A stretch of 64,000 bases of DNA from Camelus dromedarius (taxonomy: Eukaryota): NCBI RefSeq assembly GCF_036321535.1, contig NC_087436.1:7626001-7690000 (forward strand), in the 5' to 3' direction. The stretch's first letter is position 1. Each line of letters begins with the position of its first letter. Position numbers and translations under genes: made by a program. Below the pieces are notes generated by a model. The model did not search any database. It was not told where the DNA came from and saw nothing but the letters and a program-made list of their open reading frames with translations. Below are positions 23,834 through 37,934 of this stretch, piece by piece.

Positions 23834-26800
23834 ACAAAACACACATATACCTAAGACCTACCTTCTACAATAAATATTTTGCTATATGTTCTTCGTTACA
23901 CACTCATACATCTGTACTTCCCTTTATCAGCCCATCAATTCATCTCACTCATTTTTTCACTTCAAGTTTACAGACATCAGTACACTTCACCGCTAATATC
24001 TCACCACACAAGTCACTATTTAGAGTTTGTTTTGCTTTTGCTTTTGTTTTCAAAAGGGATAACCCTACTTCCACTATTGATTTTTGACAAATACATACAC
24101 CTGCATTACCTAAGCCCCTGTCAGATTTACAATACATCTATCACTCCAGAAAATTATTTCATGCCCCTAGAAAGAAGCAACTATTGTGCTGATTTTTAAC
24201 AAATAGATTAGTTTTGCCTTCTGTAGACTCTATATAAGTAAAATGTGTGTGTGTGTGTGTGTTTATTGGATGTCTAGAAGGCTGCAGATTGTGACCCCGG
24301 GTCTACTACAGGTGGGTAATGGTCACGTGTGCTGAAGGACTGGTGAGGCTGAAGAGCTTGTGGGAGAGAAATGACCAATTAATTCATCAGATGTTCATCT
24401 TAAGTAGTACAAATGCAGTGTAGTCTCACCTAACAAAGTATCTCTCCCTAATAGCGTTGGCCTGACATCCTCTTGCTTCTCCTCATCTTCTGCTTCATGC
24501 TTCCAAAGATACTCTTGAGTAAGCATGGCATTCAGAACAGTTGCACACAGTGGTTAAAGAGGATTTTTTCCATACTTAAATACTTAAAAGCATGAGAAGA
24601 GGATAGACACGATGCTGGGCTGAATGGTGGAGGAAGGAGCAAAATTCACAGTGTTATTTCCTTGTGTCTTTAAATATGATCGTGGTTTGAGGAGAGAAAA
24701 TCAAGAAAATGCATCTTATACTTTCTGTGTATCAACTTAAGGTATTGTGTGAGAAAAGAGAATGTAGGAAAAATGTCAAAATATGGAAGTTAAATGAGCT
24801 TTTAGGTATAAAAAAATAAAGAGGAAATTTCAGATATGTGGGCAGCAACTATCAAGATTAAAAGACAGAACAGGGATCCAAAAAAGATGATCTTTACTGG
24901 CAAGGTAAGAATGCATACTTATGTTCACTTATAATAATAATTCTCTTATTAAAGTGAAATTTTGTAATAGTTTTATGGTTTTTGTAATGTACAATTCATA
25001 TGGGGAATTGTTATGAGTCCCAAATAACAAAAATACCACTTCATTGCATTACTTTTATAGTTTGTAAAAGGATCCAATTATAACACTTATGTCTTTCAAT
25101 TTTATTTATATACCAGAAATAGTTCTTTGGGGATCAATAAATATAATGTATTTACCACCAAATTGATAATTTAGAATACACTGGCAAACAACAGATTAAC
25201 TAAAATCATATATTACTGAAAAAAATAGATTCAGGATCAGAAACAAACATGAAATGTCGTATTATTTGTAAGTATATAGAAATACAAGAAAATTCTCCCT
25301 TGAACTTTCAATATTCAGATAAATAATGAAGGATGACATGATAAGTAATCTCCCATTATCTGACATTTATTTTTTAACATTTAAACTAACATGTCATTCA
25401 TTAGGCTTCAGTCTCTCTGGACATCAAAGTAATCATGGGATGGAGAGATCATCAATTCCTTTTCTCAGAAAATTCTCAAAACCAATTTCTGAAATAAGTA
25501 ACAGTATACTATTACTGCCCTACAAGTTCAAGGTATTAACTTCCCTTTCCTCCATTATTCTATTTGTTAACTCAGAATTTATCAAGGTGACTTTATGGGG
25601 TCTCCTAAATCTGACAATGAAAAGACTTAGATAACAAAGCAACAAAGCATTTCCTGATTCCATATACATATCTTCTGTATTAAAACTAATAATATATACT
25701 TACATATAGTTGTATATAGTTGCCATTTTATCATTTTCATAATTATAATGATTATTTTTGGAAATAATAAAGTAAAACTCCTTGGGGTAGGTGTAAATTC
25801 TTAGACACGTTTATCTATGTATGTAAGTTCAGAATAGCCACCAAAATACATGTGTTTTGAACTTTAAAAAATGAGATGGGATAATAATTACAGATAAGAA
25901 ATATATTTTAAAGGAGACATAAAAGCAAATGATTTTATTGTGATTGTAAATTTTAATATTATAGTAATAAAAGCTCTCTGGTTATAAAAAGGATGATTTA
26001 AGCTGCCTCATGGTTGGTTTTTCATCAATTCTCCTTTCAGATTTGTCCTCCAATAAGGCAGTGAAAAAGACAGCAGTCATTTATTGAAGGCTTACTTTAT
26101 TTTCAAGGAATCTGATACTTTATACATGCACATGTATTTGTTATATTGGTTCTGAAATAGAAGTTATTATGCCATTTTGGAGGAGAAAAATCTAGGTACC
26201 AGGGATGCCAATCTTGGAATTGGTTAAGATATTCTGCAGTGTGACTTGCTCCTAGCCAAGGGGAGTGGAGCTTACTTACCAGGAGATGAAATAGTGGAAA
26301 GCTTGACAGGAGATCAGGGCAGTCAGTGTGAAATCAAAGAGGAGGCAGTGGAGATGTTAGGTAGTTAGATAAGTGGGGACACGGGACAGACAGGTGGAGG
26401 AGAGGGAGGAGGGTTTTGAAGATGGTGTTATGCCCGCCTCCAGCATAAAGGGGCTTCACTTCTAAGTGAGCGCCAGCAAGAAACCGGTTAGAACCCAGCA
26501 GCCACCACTGCATGGTAGCAGAAAGGACTTAACCAGACAAGACACAGTGTTCACTGTATCATAATTAGCATGGTGGTTCAAGCCCCCCGTGGGTTGTTCT
26601 CTGTGCCTTAAGGACATGTGCAAAAGGGGCCAAACATGACTGAGCACTCCAGGGACAAGAGCTGTCAGTCAATCAAGAGACCACCTCTAAGCGAGGGTAT
26701 AAGAGAAAGGGAGATTAAAAACTGCCACTTTTGCTCCCTTGGATCAGCCTACTCTCCATACCCAGAGTTGAATTTTTACTTTTTTTGCTACACAATGCAC

Positions 26801-27695
26801 CGTCTCCCGACTGTAAACTTATCTTTTGGGTAAGACAAGAACTCGGATCTTTACCTTTTGTGGGTAACAGAAAGCTACTGGACTGGGATGGACTGGGATG
26901 CAGGTGGCGTAGCAGAGAGCAGAGTGGTTCTATGACTTCTTCCTCCACCTCCGATCATGTGCCAAAGCCTTGATGATAACAGGGCACCCCTGAGAGTGGC
27001 TGAGCCTTGGACTTAAGGAAGATAGTCACAGGAGACTGACTTTCCATGGAGGTGATCGTCTTGTAGTCTGGGGTTCTAGGAGCAGAAGCTGCTAGCTGAT
27101 GGTACCACAAATGTGCCCAGAAAAGTGTGACCTTGCAGATTGTTATTTCATGAGTTTAAGGCTCACTGGTCAGGAGAAGGGCAGAGAATCCCAAAGGATT
27201 ATGTGGTACTAGGGAAAGTTGGATCAGTTTCAATTGGGGAAGGCTATGTGAAATTTAACTTACGTGTGACTAAAAATTACTTAACAGGACATTCTAAAGC
27301 TAGAATTTAAAAAAAATGAATATTCTAATCACTTGCTTAAAATTTGGAGAAATGCTAAAGTTTGGAAAAACAAGAGTTGCTGAAATAATTTTAATTAGAA
27401 CCTTGTCTTCACACGCTCAAGTTTTGACGTTCTCTCAGGTGAGATTTCCTTGAATAGCTCATCTTATGTTTGAAGTCACAATACTTCTGGTCATATTGGG
27501 ATAATTGTAAAATTGAATTCTGCTACATTTTAAGTACATTTTTAACTGAAGGAATACTTGTTTTTACTCCAAAGCTTATCATGCAAATCTTTATGGTGAG
27601 TACTGACTCACAATGCCGTCTTTGAGGCAATCCACCCATTAGTGGGTAGAGGGATTGGCTAATCCCTTTTTTTTTTTTTTTTTCAGATGAGGAGG

Positions 27696-27948
27696 TGTAA
27701 CTGAGCAGGAACCTGGGGGACCTTCCAGGGTCAGACCCCCTCCCCATACCCTCTGCTGTAGCTCCTCTCTGAAGTACCCAGATCATAGCATCTCATGTAT
27801 ATTTCCTGAGTGTTTCAGTTGCTGAAAACCACCACCAAAGGGAAGAAATGGATGACCACACGTACATAGCCCCAGACCTTGTAGGGGTTGATAGTGTTGA
27901 TGCCCTGTTCACTCAACGCCAACCAATCAGAGGATTGTGCACAAGCTG
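27696..27948 (+). mobile_element. ERV1-class LTR, 5' half (same family as 30199 and 33538)
   Basis: tgtaactgagcagga...ccttccagggtca...ctctgctgtagct...aaccaccaccaaagggaagaaat...aaccaatcagag aligns with 30199-30473. Confidence 0.9.
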
Positions 27949-29530
27949 TGCGTAATTGCTTTTTTCTTTGTTTTCACTAGAAATTAAAGTTTTTAAGAGT
28001 TGAGGATTCTAATTATATACGTCATTAAAGCTACTAAAAATAATAAAGGAAACGTTTCAGTATACAGTAGAAAAGTGGGTTATATGTTTTGAGTTAAAAA
28101 CTGTTTTGTCTTAAAGCTGTTTGTTCTAGATGGGAAAAAAAATGAGGAACAAATTAATATAGATACAGAAAGCTGGGGAAAGTTTGTAGAAATGGAGTCC
28201 TTAAAAAGGAGTTTTGTGTATAGCCAGGATGAGATTAGGTTAAACTTATGTAGGTAAGTGGATTTTGTTATTAAAAGTAGACAAGTGCAAGACTGGATTT
28301 GGTTCCTCTCTGTTAAGAGAACAGGCTTGCTTGCTTGTGATAACAGAGGCTTCTTCTGATAACAGATTGTGTGAGACTTCTTGGTGTTGCTGACAAACTT
28401 CCTATCAAATTCTAATCAAAGCTGTTTTGACGTCAGCTAACTTTGGGATGCTTCAGAGGTCCCTTGAGACACCTGAAAGAAAAATATTTAAGTAGGATTG
28501 GTTGCTATGTTAAATTACATGGCATTGTCAAATGAGTGACAAGCCTCCTCAGATTATGTGATACAGATAAATATTATTAATACAGACATTGTGAAAATTA
28601 AGGTTTCTGAAATTTAGATCTGTCCTGGTATAAAGCTATCGGTCTGATTCTAGTTGTTCTAGCTATAATTCTAGTTCTAGTCTAGTTATCTTAAAAGGTT
28701 GTATGCCACAGCAACTTGATTAAACTTCTTTGTCAAAAATGTAACAAGATCTTTAACCTTGCCTTTTTAAGACTTGTCATTTAGAGACATAATTAAGTTG
28801 ATACTTTGCAAAACTGCTTCATCTTCAATAAGAGTCATAAAAAGGACTTTTTGACAAGTACAGGTTTCTTTTAAATCATACTGCTGAGCTGGGCAAGATA
28901 TTTAAAAAGTCTAGTGAAAACTCTGGTTTTATAAAACTGTTAGTAAAAAGGATTAATTACATAAGAATGAGTTAACTGGTGACTATGGTTGTAATTTCTT
29001 GGTTTTGTCTGAAACATTCCTGGCTTTGAACCTATATTTTCTAAGTGAATTCTTTATCAGATGTTTGTCTTCCTATCCATACAAACTGACTGTACTTCAA
29101 TAAAAGTATATTTTAAAAGAAGAAAGTTATTTTACTTCCAACCACATTGTTGCCCCCAGTGTTTAGGATGGAAAGAGAAATTCGCTAATGGAGTAATCAT
29201 AGCATAACTACTCAGGATGCACAACAGTGCTTTGCTCTGTGTCTGCTGTTGAAAACACGTGTACCGTGCTCATGTAATAATTGGGTAGAAGTGATGAAAT
29301 GTATGGCCTGCAAATTGTGTCCCCATTATTATATTTCTGAGCCTGTTCATGACATCTGGTTAGTTCCCCCCCCAACCCCCAGCATGTGGATAACTAAGCA
29401 AATATAAAGGAGGCCCGGCACTGAGGGACATGATCTGAACCTGGGGTGGGAGCCATCACCCCAGCACTGAGGGAAGGATATTTTCATCACCAGTGCTTTC
29501 TACTGAAAGATTTGCAATCAACAGGGGAAA
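27949..29530 (+). mobile_element. Probable decayed ERV internal sequence ending in a polypurine tract
   Basis: Directly follows the LTR half, is AT-rich and ERV1-internal-like, and ends caacaggggaaa just before TG at 29531. Confidence 0.5.
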
Positions 29531-29884
29531 TGATGGGAAAATCTGCACACACTGAGGTGTGGGGAAGTCATTCTGGCTTATATATAGTTTAACTTAAATT
29601 TTACTGACCAAAACTCCCTGTTTTATGGCCTGTAGGACATGCATTGTACACCTGCTTTGGCCTTGAGGAGGGGATGCACTTGAAAGTCAAAGTGGAGTCG
29701 CTGTGGTTCAGACAGTCAAGGGAAAACTAAGTGGCCAGGGCGGGTGTGATGACAGACACGTTCTTGTATCGTGGAGCACTCGAATTTTCTGAGCTGTGTC
29801 AGACTCGGGAGACCACCAACAGTGCTCAAAGCAGTGCCTGCTGGCAGCTGCAACCTTATGACCTCAAGGTCTCCTCTTGTAACT
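29531..29884 (+). mobile_element. LTR-like segment of a different family
   Basis: Begins with TG after the polypurine tract (tgatgggaaaa...gaagtcattctggctta...tagtttaactt); not similar to the flanking LTR family. Confidence 0.5.
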
Positions 29885-30198
29885 ATTAAAATTTTAGACA
29901 ATAAGTGGGATATTTGAGGCATAAAGCTTGCTTTCTATTTTTTGTTACATATTTAGAATGTAATTCTCAACAATAGGATAATACACTGCACTCCTTTATA
30001 TTTGGCCCCTATAATGACCCTACTGATTGATCCCTTTACATCCACCCTTCATCCTTCCATTCCACTGCAGTGAGAAAAATCATTTCTAAATAAAAATCCC
30101 TATATTTAGTTTTCTGCTGAATCCCCCTGCCTCCTTTTGACCTCCTTATAATTCTTAAGTACTTTCCACTACTGATAAGATAAATCTCAAAGTACTTG

Positions 30199-30658
30199 TG
30201 TGACTGAGCAGGACCCTGGGGGGGGCCTTCCAGGGTCAACCCCCTCCCCCATGTCCTCTGCTGTAGCTGCTCTCTGAAGGACCCACATAATAGTATCTCA
30301 TGTGTATTTCCTGATTGTTTTTGATGCTAAAAACCACCACCAAAGGGAAGAAATTAACTACTTGATGATGGAGGGCATATGGCCCCCAGGCCTTCTGGCA
30401 CCTGGGGGTTGATGATGTTGACCGCCCTGTTACCTCCACATCAACCAATCAGAGAATGATTGTGCCTGAGCTGCAACCCGCCTCCCTCACCTGGCCTTTA
30501 AATATGTTTTGCTGAAATCCTTTGGGGTTTTCTTAGGCCTAAGCCACCCTGTCCGCCTTGCTCAGCCCTGCAATAAACCTTTCTCTACTCCAAACTTTCA
30601 TGTTGCAGTTTGTTTGGCCTTGTGGGGTGGTGGGCACATGAACTTGCCTTTGGTAACA
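30199..30658 (+). mobile_element. Complete ERV1-class solo LTR, 4-bp TSD CTTG
   Basis: TG...CA termini, CCAAT, tttaaa box and AATAAA near 30572; CTTG at 30195-30198 and 30659-30662. Confidence 0.93.
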
Positions 30659-33537
30659 CTTGGATGGTCTGGACGTTCAGCTTCCATTCTCACTTTGCAT
30701 CACTTGCTACCTTGTGTTTTCTGTGTCCCAGTCGCTCCCAGGGACTCCTGATGGTCCTCAGAGGCTTGATGTGTTTTTCCCTTGCCAGGAAGGATTTTCT
30801 ACCCTCTTCCCTAGTTAACTCCCACATGTCTTCCCTGTTCACCAAGTCAACTGCTATGGATGGGCAAATTGCAGTATAGTTCTCCTTTCTGGCCTTTATC
30901 ACCCTCTGAATTTTTATTTTTATTTGCATGGCTATTTAATCTCTCTCTCACCTCATTAGAATGTCAGAATGTGGGTTCACAATATATTATTGCATTTTTG
31001 ATAATGTAGTAAACTGAGTGAGTTATATAGAAAAACTCAGAAATAGAGAAATAGAAGAGATTGACAGGTTGACTTTCTCTTATGTATACTTTAAAATAAA
31101 AAACTCTTTCAAAAGTCCTATTTCAGACTACATCTGACAAAGTTTGTACAAAGAAAATATGTTAATATCTACCATGGATTCAGTAAGTCTGGAAATCATT
31201 TTTACCCCCAAATATAGACATATTATTATGTGGGGATAGACCAGATATAGAAAAAAATCACAAATTGTATTCTTGCTTTTCTAATTTTAGAAAGAATAAA
31301 ATTTATATTTGGATATTTCACAGGATAATTATAATGGGCTATATATTCTCTATTACTGAACCAAAATTTCAAAAGCTAACAATTTGATTTCTAAAACTTT
31401 CCACTGAGCTAACATTCCATATTATTCTCCTTGATTATTGCTTGTCTTTCTTTTCATTGTTATTTTTTTATTAGCAAACTGAAAACTTGGTAAAATAATG
31501 TTGAATGTTTTGGATGTTCATGCTAGGAAAATCATCAACCTGAGATTGCAATCAATATCCTTACTCAGATTTCTTATTAGACCTTCAAATTAAACTTCTG
31601 GGAGAACATGAATTTCTCCCTCCAAGCTCCAAGGCTGGAGTCATCTGGCATATACATTTGTCTGGATGCTAGCAACATTTCATTTGAGCCAGTTTACTTC
31701 ATCAGTGATCTCAAGGCTGTATAACATATAACACAACCCTAGGAAAGAGGACAGTGCTCTCAGTCATGAGCACGGCGCTCATTTCTCTTTCTCTTATTTC
31801 CAGGCGAACACAGCTTGGTCCAAACACTTTCTTAAACTCAAGGCTAAAAACCTATAACAAGTTCTCTTTTCATCCGAAGGTCCCTGAAAATTCTGCTAAG
31901 TCTGTACACCAGGTATAGGGTCTGTCCTGAATTTATGATAAGTATTTGAGGGATATTAATTCAGAAAAATACTTAAAATTAGTACCATGTGTTCAAGTAT
32001 ATGCTTAGTTTTGTTTAATAATGTTTGTTTTTATTATTATAAATTATATGGAAATATTACCAGAAGTATTAATGCACTAACAATATTACATGGCTGACAG
32101 AAAGATTTAACTTCCTCCTACTTCAAAAATTAGTTCTAAAATCATTCTGTCTTTTTCTGAGTATCTGCTGTCTGTTAGTCAAAATGCCAGTGATGGTCTT
32201 CTCAAAGCCTAGCTTCTAATTTAAATTGATAAATGTACTTTAAAACCAATTTATAAAGATGGCATCTTCTCATCAACTTCTGAGCTTCACTTTGGGTGCA
32301 CCAAAGTCCTGTCTTTTACTCCTTAATTGGCAATTCTGTGCTAGAAAAGTGTTCCTCATCTTTTCTCTACATGACCTTGGGGTCCAATTCCTAAGATTTC
32401 AGTTTCCTTACTAAAGCATTTCCTCAGCACCTGCCTGTTACATGAGAGCTTGCAAGTGCCATCCTGGAAATTGGCCTTGAAGTGAAAAGGCTGCTTGCAG
32501 AATGTAAACACCAGCCAAGCTGCTCTGACTTTGCATCAGCATCCACGAGGTCAGCTTGCCCTGTGCCTTGTTCTCAGCTAAATGTCTCATTTTAAAAACT
32601 GCAGTTAACTTTCCCTATTATGCAATATATTTAAGATATCAATGCATATACCCTTCTCCTATGAAAAAAATGACATGAAACTGTTTATAATTCTCTGCCA
32701 CTCTCCATGGATGTACCTGAAATGTTTATAAATTTCACTCTGATGAGCTTTCAAAAGCTTAAACACAATGATAAAAGACACCTACGAGAACGGTACAACT
32801 CGGATGAAGTTAAATTCCTCTGCAGACAAAAGAGACACAAATAAAGGCCAAAATGAAATATCCAGGGAGTTTTACCCAGGAGCCAGAGAGCTGAGAGGCC
32901 ATATGCAAGAAATTCACAGCCGAGATAATTGAGAACAGAAATTGAGAAACACACGGCACTAATTTAATATGTGTTGTGTGGTCAATGCCATCACCTTCCC
33001 TCCCTCCTGCACAATCTTCAGTAAAACATCTATTTCTCATTGATACTGACGGGTGAATTTTCTTTGGGGGGACAACCAGGCTGTCAGTGGACTGGTGACA
33101 GATGGGTTTCAGTGTGTACTCACTTTGTGGGTTCAAAACAAAACTCCCCACCCTGTCTCCCATTTGGCTGTTTATTGTTACAATTTGTTGATGTAGATTA
33201 TCCTCCCTCTTTATATCTACCTAGGCGCTATGGACTGAATGTTTTTGTCTCCCCCACAAATTCATATGTTGAAACTTATCTAATTGAGGCTTATCTAATT
33301 ATTTTTTTCTCTTTCATTTATCCCTCCCCCGGACTACACACACACAATCAGGGAGTTGTGTTGATGTTTGCTCTAAACTATAGTTCACATTTTTTACTTC
33401 TTTCTATGTTCTACTATCTTACTTTAAGCTAATATCTGTAGTTACTTATTATTATTTGCAATAAGCTTCTAAATTCTACCTCTGTCTTTCTCCACAACCA
33501 GAGAAACTATATTTTAAAAGCATAAATTGTATCACGT

Positions 33538-34009
33538 TCTTACCAAAGGCCAGTTTGTGTGCCCAACACACCATGAGGTCAAAAAAACCAAAATGTCAGA
33601 GTTTGGAGCAGAGAAAGGTTTATTGCAGGGCCCAGTAAGGAGGATGGGGGTGGCTTATGCCCAAGAAAACCTGAACTCACCCCAAGGGTTTCAGCAAAGC
33701 CTATTTAAAGACAGGTGAGGGAGAGGGTTGTAGGTATGTGATCAGCTTATGCACGTTTCTCTGTTTGATGTTGAGGGAACAGGGCTGTCGACACTATCAG
33801 CATCTAAGTGCCAGAAGGCCTGGGGACCACGTGCTCTCCATCATCAACTAGTTAATTTATTCCCTTTGGTGGTGGTTTTTAGCATCTGAAACAGTCAGGA
33901 AATATGCACGAGATACTATCATCTGGATGCTTCAGAGAGGAGCTGCAGCAGAGGACATGGGGGAAAGGGTATGTCCCTGGAAGGCTCCACAGGGTCCTGC
34001 TCAGTTCCA
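33538..34009 (-). mobile_element. Complete ERV1-class solo LTR, TSD ACGT/ACAT
   Basis: Reverse complement of the 30199-30658 family; flanks ACGT (33534-33537) and ACAT (34010-34013) differ by one CpG-type change. Confidence 0.9.
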
Positions 34010-34562
34010 ACATCATTCCTCTGATTAAAGCCCTTCTGTCTTCCTGTACAAGTCAGATGCAATCAACCTCATTACACGGGTCTGCAAGGCCTTTTGCGAT
34101 CAGAGGCCTGAGTAACTCAGCAACGCCTCCATCACCAACCTCCTGCACTCAGTCACACCACTTTCCTTTCCCTTTTTCAATACGCACAGCTCTTTCTTGC
34201 TTTAGAAACTTCTCTTCTCTCTGAATGGAAATGTTTGCTTCTCTCTGATTGGATGTTGGCATCGCTCTCTTACTCCTCCATAATGAGGTGTTCCTCTAAC
34301 ATCTTACCTGGAGAACAACTTCCAACTCCATCCCCTTGTTGTTTGTTTTCTTCCCTGTGCTGAGCACAGTTTGCAATTATCTTCTGCATCTGTTAATTTT
34401 CTTGTTTATTCTCTCTTGTCATCACCACCATGTGTGCTTCTTGAGGGAAGATATCTCCTCCATCATGCTGGCTGATGAATGCCCGAAGTGTAGCACGTCA
34501 CCTTGTTATTAGTGCAACCTGACAAATATTTGTCGAATAAACAAATAAATAAATGAATGAAT
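34010..34562 (-). mobile_element. L2 3' region (host of the LTR; strand not firmly determined)
   Basis: Pyrimidine-rich L2 text ending aaatatttgtcgaataaacaaataaataaatgaatgaatg. Confidence 0.6.
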
Positions 34563-35744
34563 GGACCAAGGAGCCCTCTAAAACCTCTGCAGCTTCTCAC
34601 CAGGGTACCTGTACTTCTAAATTAATTATGCATATATACCTAATTTTAGTACAAAACGAATAAAATTGGAGAAAGAGCTAGTTATTTTTCTGTGTGTCCC
34701 TCTGAAGTATTTCATAAAATGCAGGCCTAAACTGCATATGCCAGAACGAATAGACCTTCTAAGATTATAATTTATACAAAAATCAAAAAATCAATATAGG
34801 GGTTTGCCTTTCTAATTATGAAATGCAGGTGCACTGAGCATTATCTATATTAGACACATTTCACTTTGTATAAAACATATTGTATTATTTATTTTTTCCT
34901 TTTTTTACACAAAAGGGATCATATGATACACACTAATTTATCCCTTGCTTTTTTTGAATTTAATATATTTGGGGGATATTTCCACAGTATATGGCTTCCT
35001 CATTTTTTACTAGTTACATTTCACTGTATTATGTTCTACAATTTAATTTATAGCACTAGTTGCCTATTGGTGAAATATGGAGAGTTATCAATCTTTTTCA
35101 TTATAAAAAATGCTTCAACAAATAGCTTTAACATAAGTCATTTAAAATATACTAGTATAATTCCAGGTTAAGTTCCCAGAATAAAGATTAGACGTAAGAT
35201 TATATGTCCTTTTTGATATTCAGGATAGGAACTTGAAAATTTTTGTCCCTGAACTTTAACATTCCTATATATATATATTCATATTTTATTTAGGGAATTC
35301 TGAATAGTAGTATTTTAAGTTGTACATTTAACAAGCTCTGGAATTATGTTTCAAATTTTCTGTTCTATTTTGCACTTACGCACAATCCCCAATAACACTA
35401 GGGATAATTCTTTTTCCCCCATTATAGCAAGAACATAAGCCAAAAACACACACCAGATCCTTCAGCATTTAAATCTAACGTTATATTTTCTGTCAACACA
35501 TTTTGTAAGAAAAACAGTAGGTCTCACTTTGAATTGCATATCCGAATCACCTGTTTTAGGTTTTTAGAGATCATACTTTTTTGAATTTTTAACCCTACAT
35601 GATCCTCATCTTTCTCTGTGTTTCACAGGTTATTCTGAAATATATCTATATTTGAGAAAAAACTGATCTTAAATATCTAAGATATTTTGTACTCTTACTT
35701 AAAACCTGAATTTCAGTTATTAGCTAGTCAACTCACTTTTACTT

Positions 35745-35902
35745 TTCTTTTTTTTTTTTTAAACATTCTTATTTATTTTTTGTCCTTTTTGGTGGGGGAG
35801 GTAATTGGGTTTTTATTTATTTATTTTAATGGAGATATTGGGGATTGAACCCAGGACCCTGTGCATGCAAGGCATGCACTCTACCACTGAACTATACCCT
35901 CC
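35745..35902 (-). mobile_element. tRNA-derived SINE, camelid Vic-1 type
   Basis: ggggattgaacccagg (antisense B box), ctaccactgaactataccc (antisense A box), gggggaggtaatt tail and poly-T. Confidence 0.9.
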
Positions 35903-37659
35903 TCTCCAACTTTTAAATTTCTAACACCCTCTATGCACCATCTTGATAAGTCACTGGAGGTCTGGTTGGAGTAATCTAGAACACATGACAATCATAGAAT
36001 ATATGTTCTGGACCAACGTAACCCTAATTAACATGGGACATATTTACCGTTATCACTACAACATGCAGGGTATTATCCAAACATTTGAATTTCAGAAGTT
36101 ATATAAACTTTTTTTTTTTTGCTAATAAATCATCTCCCGTTTCTCACATTGCAATGCAGAGCCATATGGTTTGCTAGTGATTGGAACTGCTTAATGCTGC
36201 TTCCTAAGATTCTATTTTACACAGAATTAATAAGATATGGGCTTACTTTATTCGCCAAGATGGACGGATTAGACAACATAATATGAACAGGGAGTAAGAG
36301 ATTCCTAAAGAGGATGTCAGTTAAGTTGATAATAGGCAATAAAGCCCCAGGGCAGAGACATAATAATGATTTCTAACGAAGATCAGCAGCAAACTGAAAG
36401 TTAAGACAATTTACAATAGAAATGTCTATAAAAAAGCCATTAAACAAAGAAAAAAAAAATCAAGTCATAAATTTCCAGCTAGCCTAATGATGCATTAAGG
36501 AGTGACTCTGCTTCATGAGAATATATTGTGACTTTGGGGAAAAAAAGACTTGTACTTAAATTGTTATTTTATATCATTAATATATTCAAGAAATAGTTTC
36601 CAAAGTAGGATGAACACTGATAAAAAGTGTCCTACATCCCCAAACTACTCTATCATTATCTGAAAAGAACTGTTCAGTATCCACTTACTAATCTCTGGCT
36701 CAGTTGCCAGAGGGATGGACCTAATAGTTTGTACCGAGTGGCATATCTCACAAGAAGTGAAGACACTTGGACCAGTCGTGTTTATGGCAAGAATGTGGAC
36801 CATACACCCCCTTAGGTCAGGCTTCCTAAGCAAGAAGGAAGTCATGGGAAGGCTACTCAAGATATTTTCCTTTATCTCTTTCCTTCATCTTTTTCATTGT
36901 TACACTCTTCATTTTATCAATTTCAATGCTGCTAATGTTTACAGAAAATTTATTTTTGAGGTTTAATATCAGAATTCAATGTTGACAGTATCTTCTTGGT
37001 ATTGAAATAGCCAATACATTTCAACAGTTTCAAAATGTTAATTCAGCTCTATTATGTTTCAGATGTCATTTTACTTTGTTTGCACTATGCTGAGCATAAG
37101 ATTTGTCTATATTTTGAAAAATGCAATAGAAAACATTAATAAAACATTAGTATAAATTGTGTTGAGAAGGAGGTTGTACCAATCAAATACAATTAAATAT
37201 GTTCAAAACATTGACTTTGGAAACAAATTTTAAATCATAGTAAATCCAGTTTTAATATGTATTTCTATTTTCTTGCATGCCTTTACCTTAAGTCAGATTT
37301 GCAAGTTTTGTGCCAAAAACCTTGGAAAAACATAACAAGGTAAAAATGTAACTAGTGTTTGGTTCTAAGGATAATTCAGTACCAGAAAGAAAAACAAAGT
37401 GAAGAAAAATTACATTTCTTCAAAAAATTTATCCAATGAACAGTTACACATTAAATGTTTAGCAAAACTACTAAGATACTAGTTGATGGCAAGAAAATGC
37501 CTAAGATACTTATCAGCAAAGCTAATAATAATAAGGAAATTCTTAAGTCTTTTACAATTTATAAAATGCATTCATCTGGGTTTTGAATATTACGTGTCTT
37601 GAAAACTGCATTTCCTGTTCCTCTTGGCCTGCATTTAAGCTGGTGACGTGGAAGGTACA

Positions 37660-37800
37660 AGTACGTAGAGTTGCAAGTTTTGTTTCCAGTCTTGGCTCTG
37701 CCACTTGGTAGTGGGATTGGGCAGAGCATAACCTTTCTATGAGCCCTATGAGTTAATCTGATCCCTAAAATAAGCTATTTATACATGCTATCTCTTATAT
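37660..37800 (+). mobile_element. MIR SINE
   Basis: ccagtcttggctctgccactt...gggcagagcataacctttctatgagcc. Confidence 0.6.
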
Positions 37801-37934
37801 TAATCAATGAACTCCTCCGTCCTTTCCAGTGGTTGAAAAATAATTATACAGTTTTAAGATAAAAGGGTATGTATCTCTTGGTGACATCCTCTAGTCATCT
37901 AAATTGTTCATTAGAGTTTTTACATCTTACAGGG

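Noticed and set aside
32751..33432. ORFs of 117 and 130 aa
   Set aside because: No recognisable protein; the plus-strand ORF runs through an MLT1 fragment (~33225-33275) and L2 sequence.
35835..35900. tRNA-like A/B boxes (also near 59.3 and 63.2 kb)
   Set aside because: These are heads of tRNA-derived SINEs with tails and TSDs, not tRNA genes.
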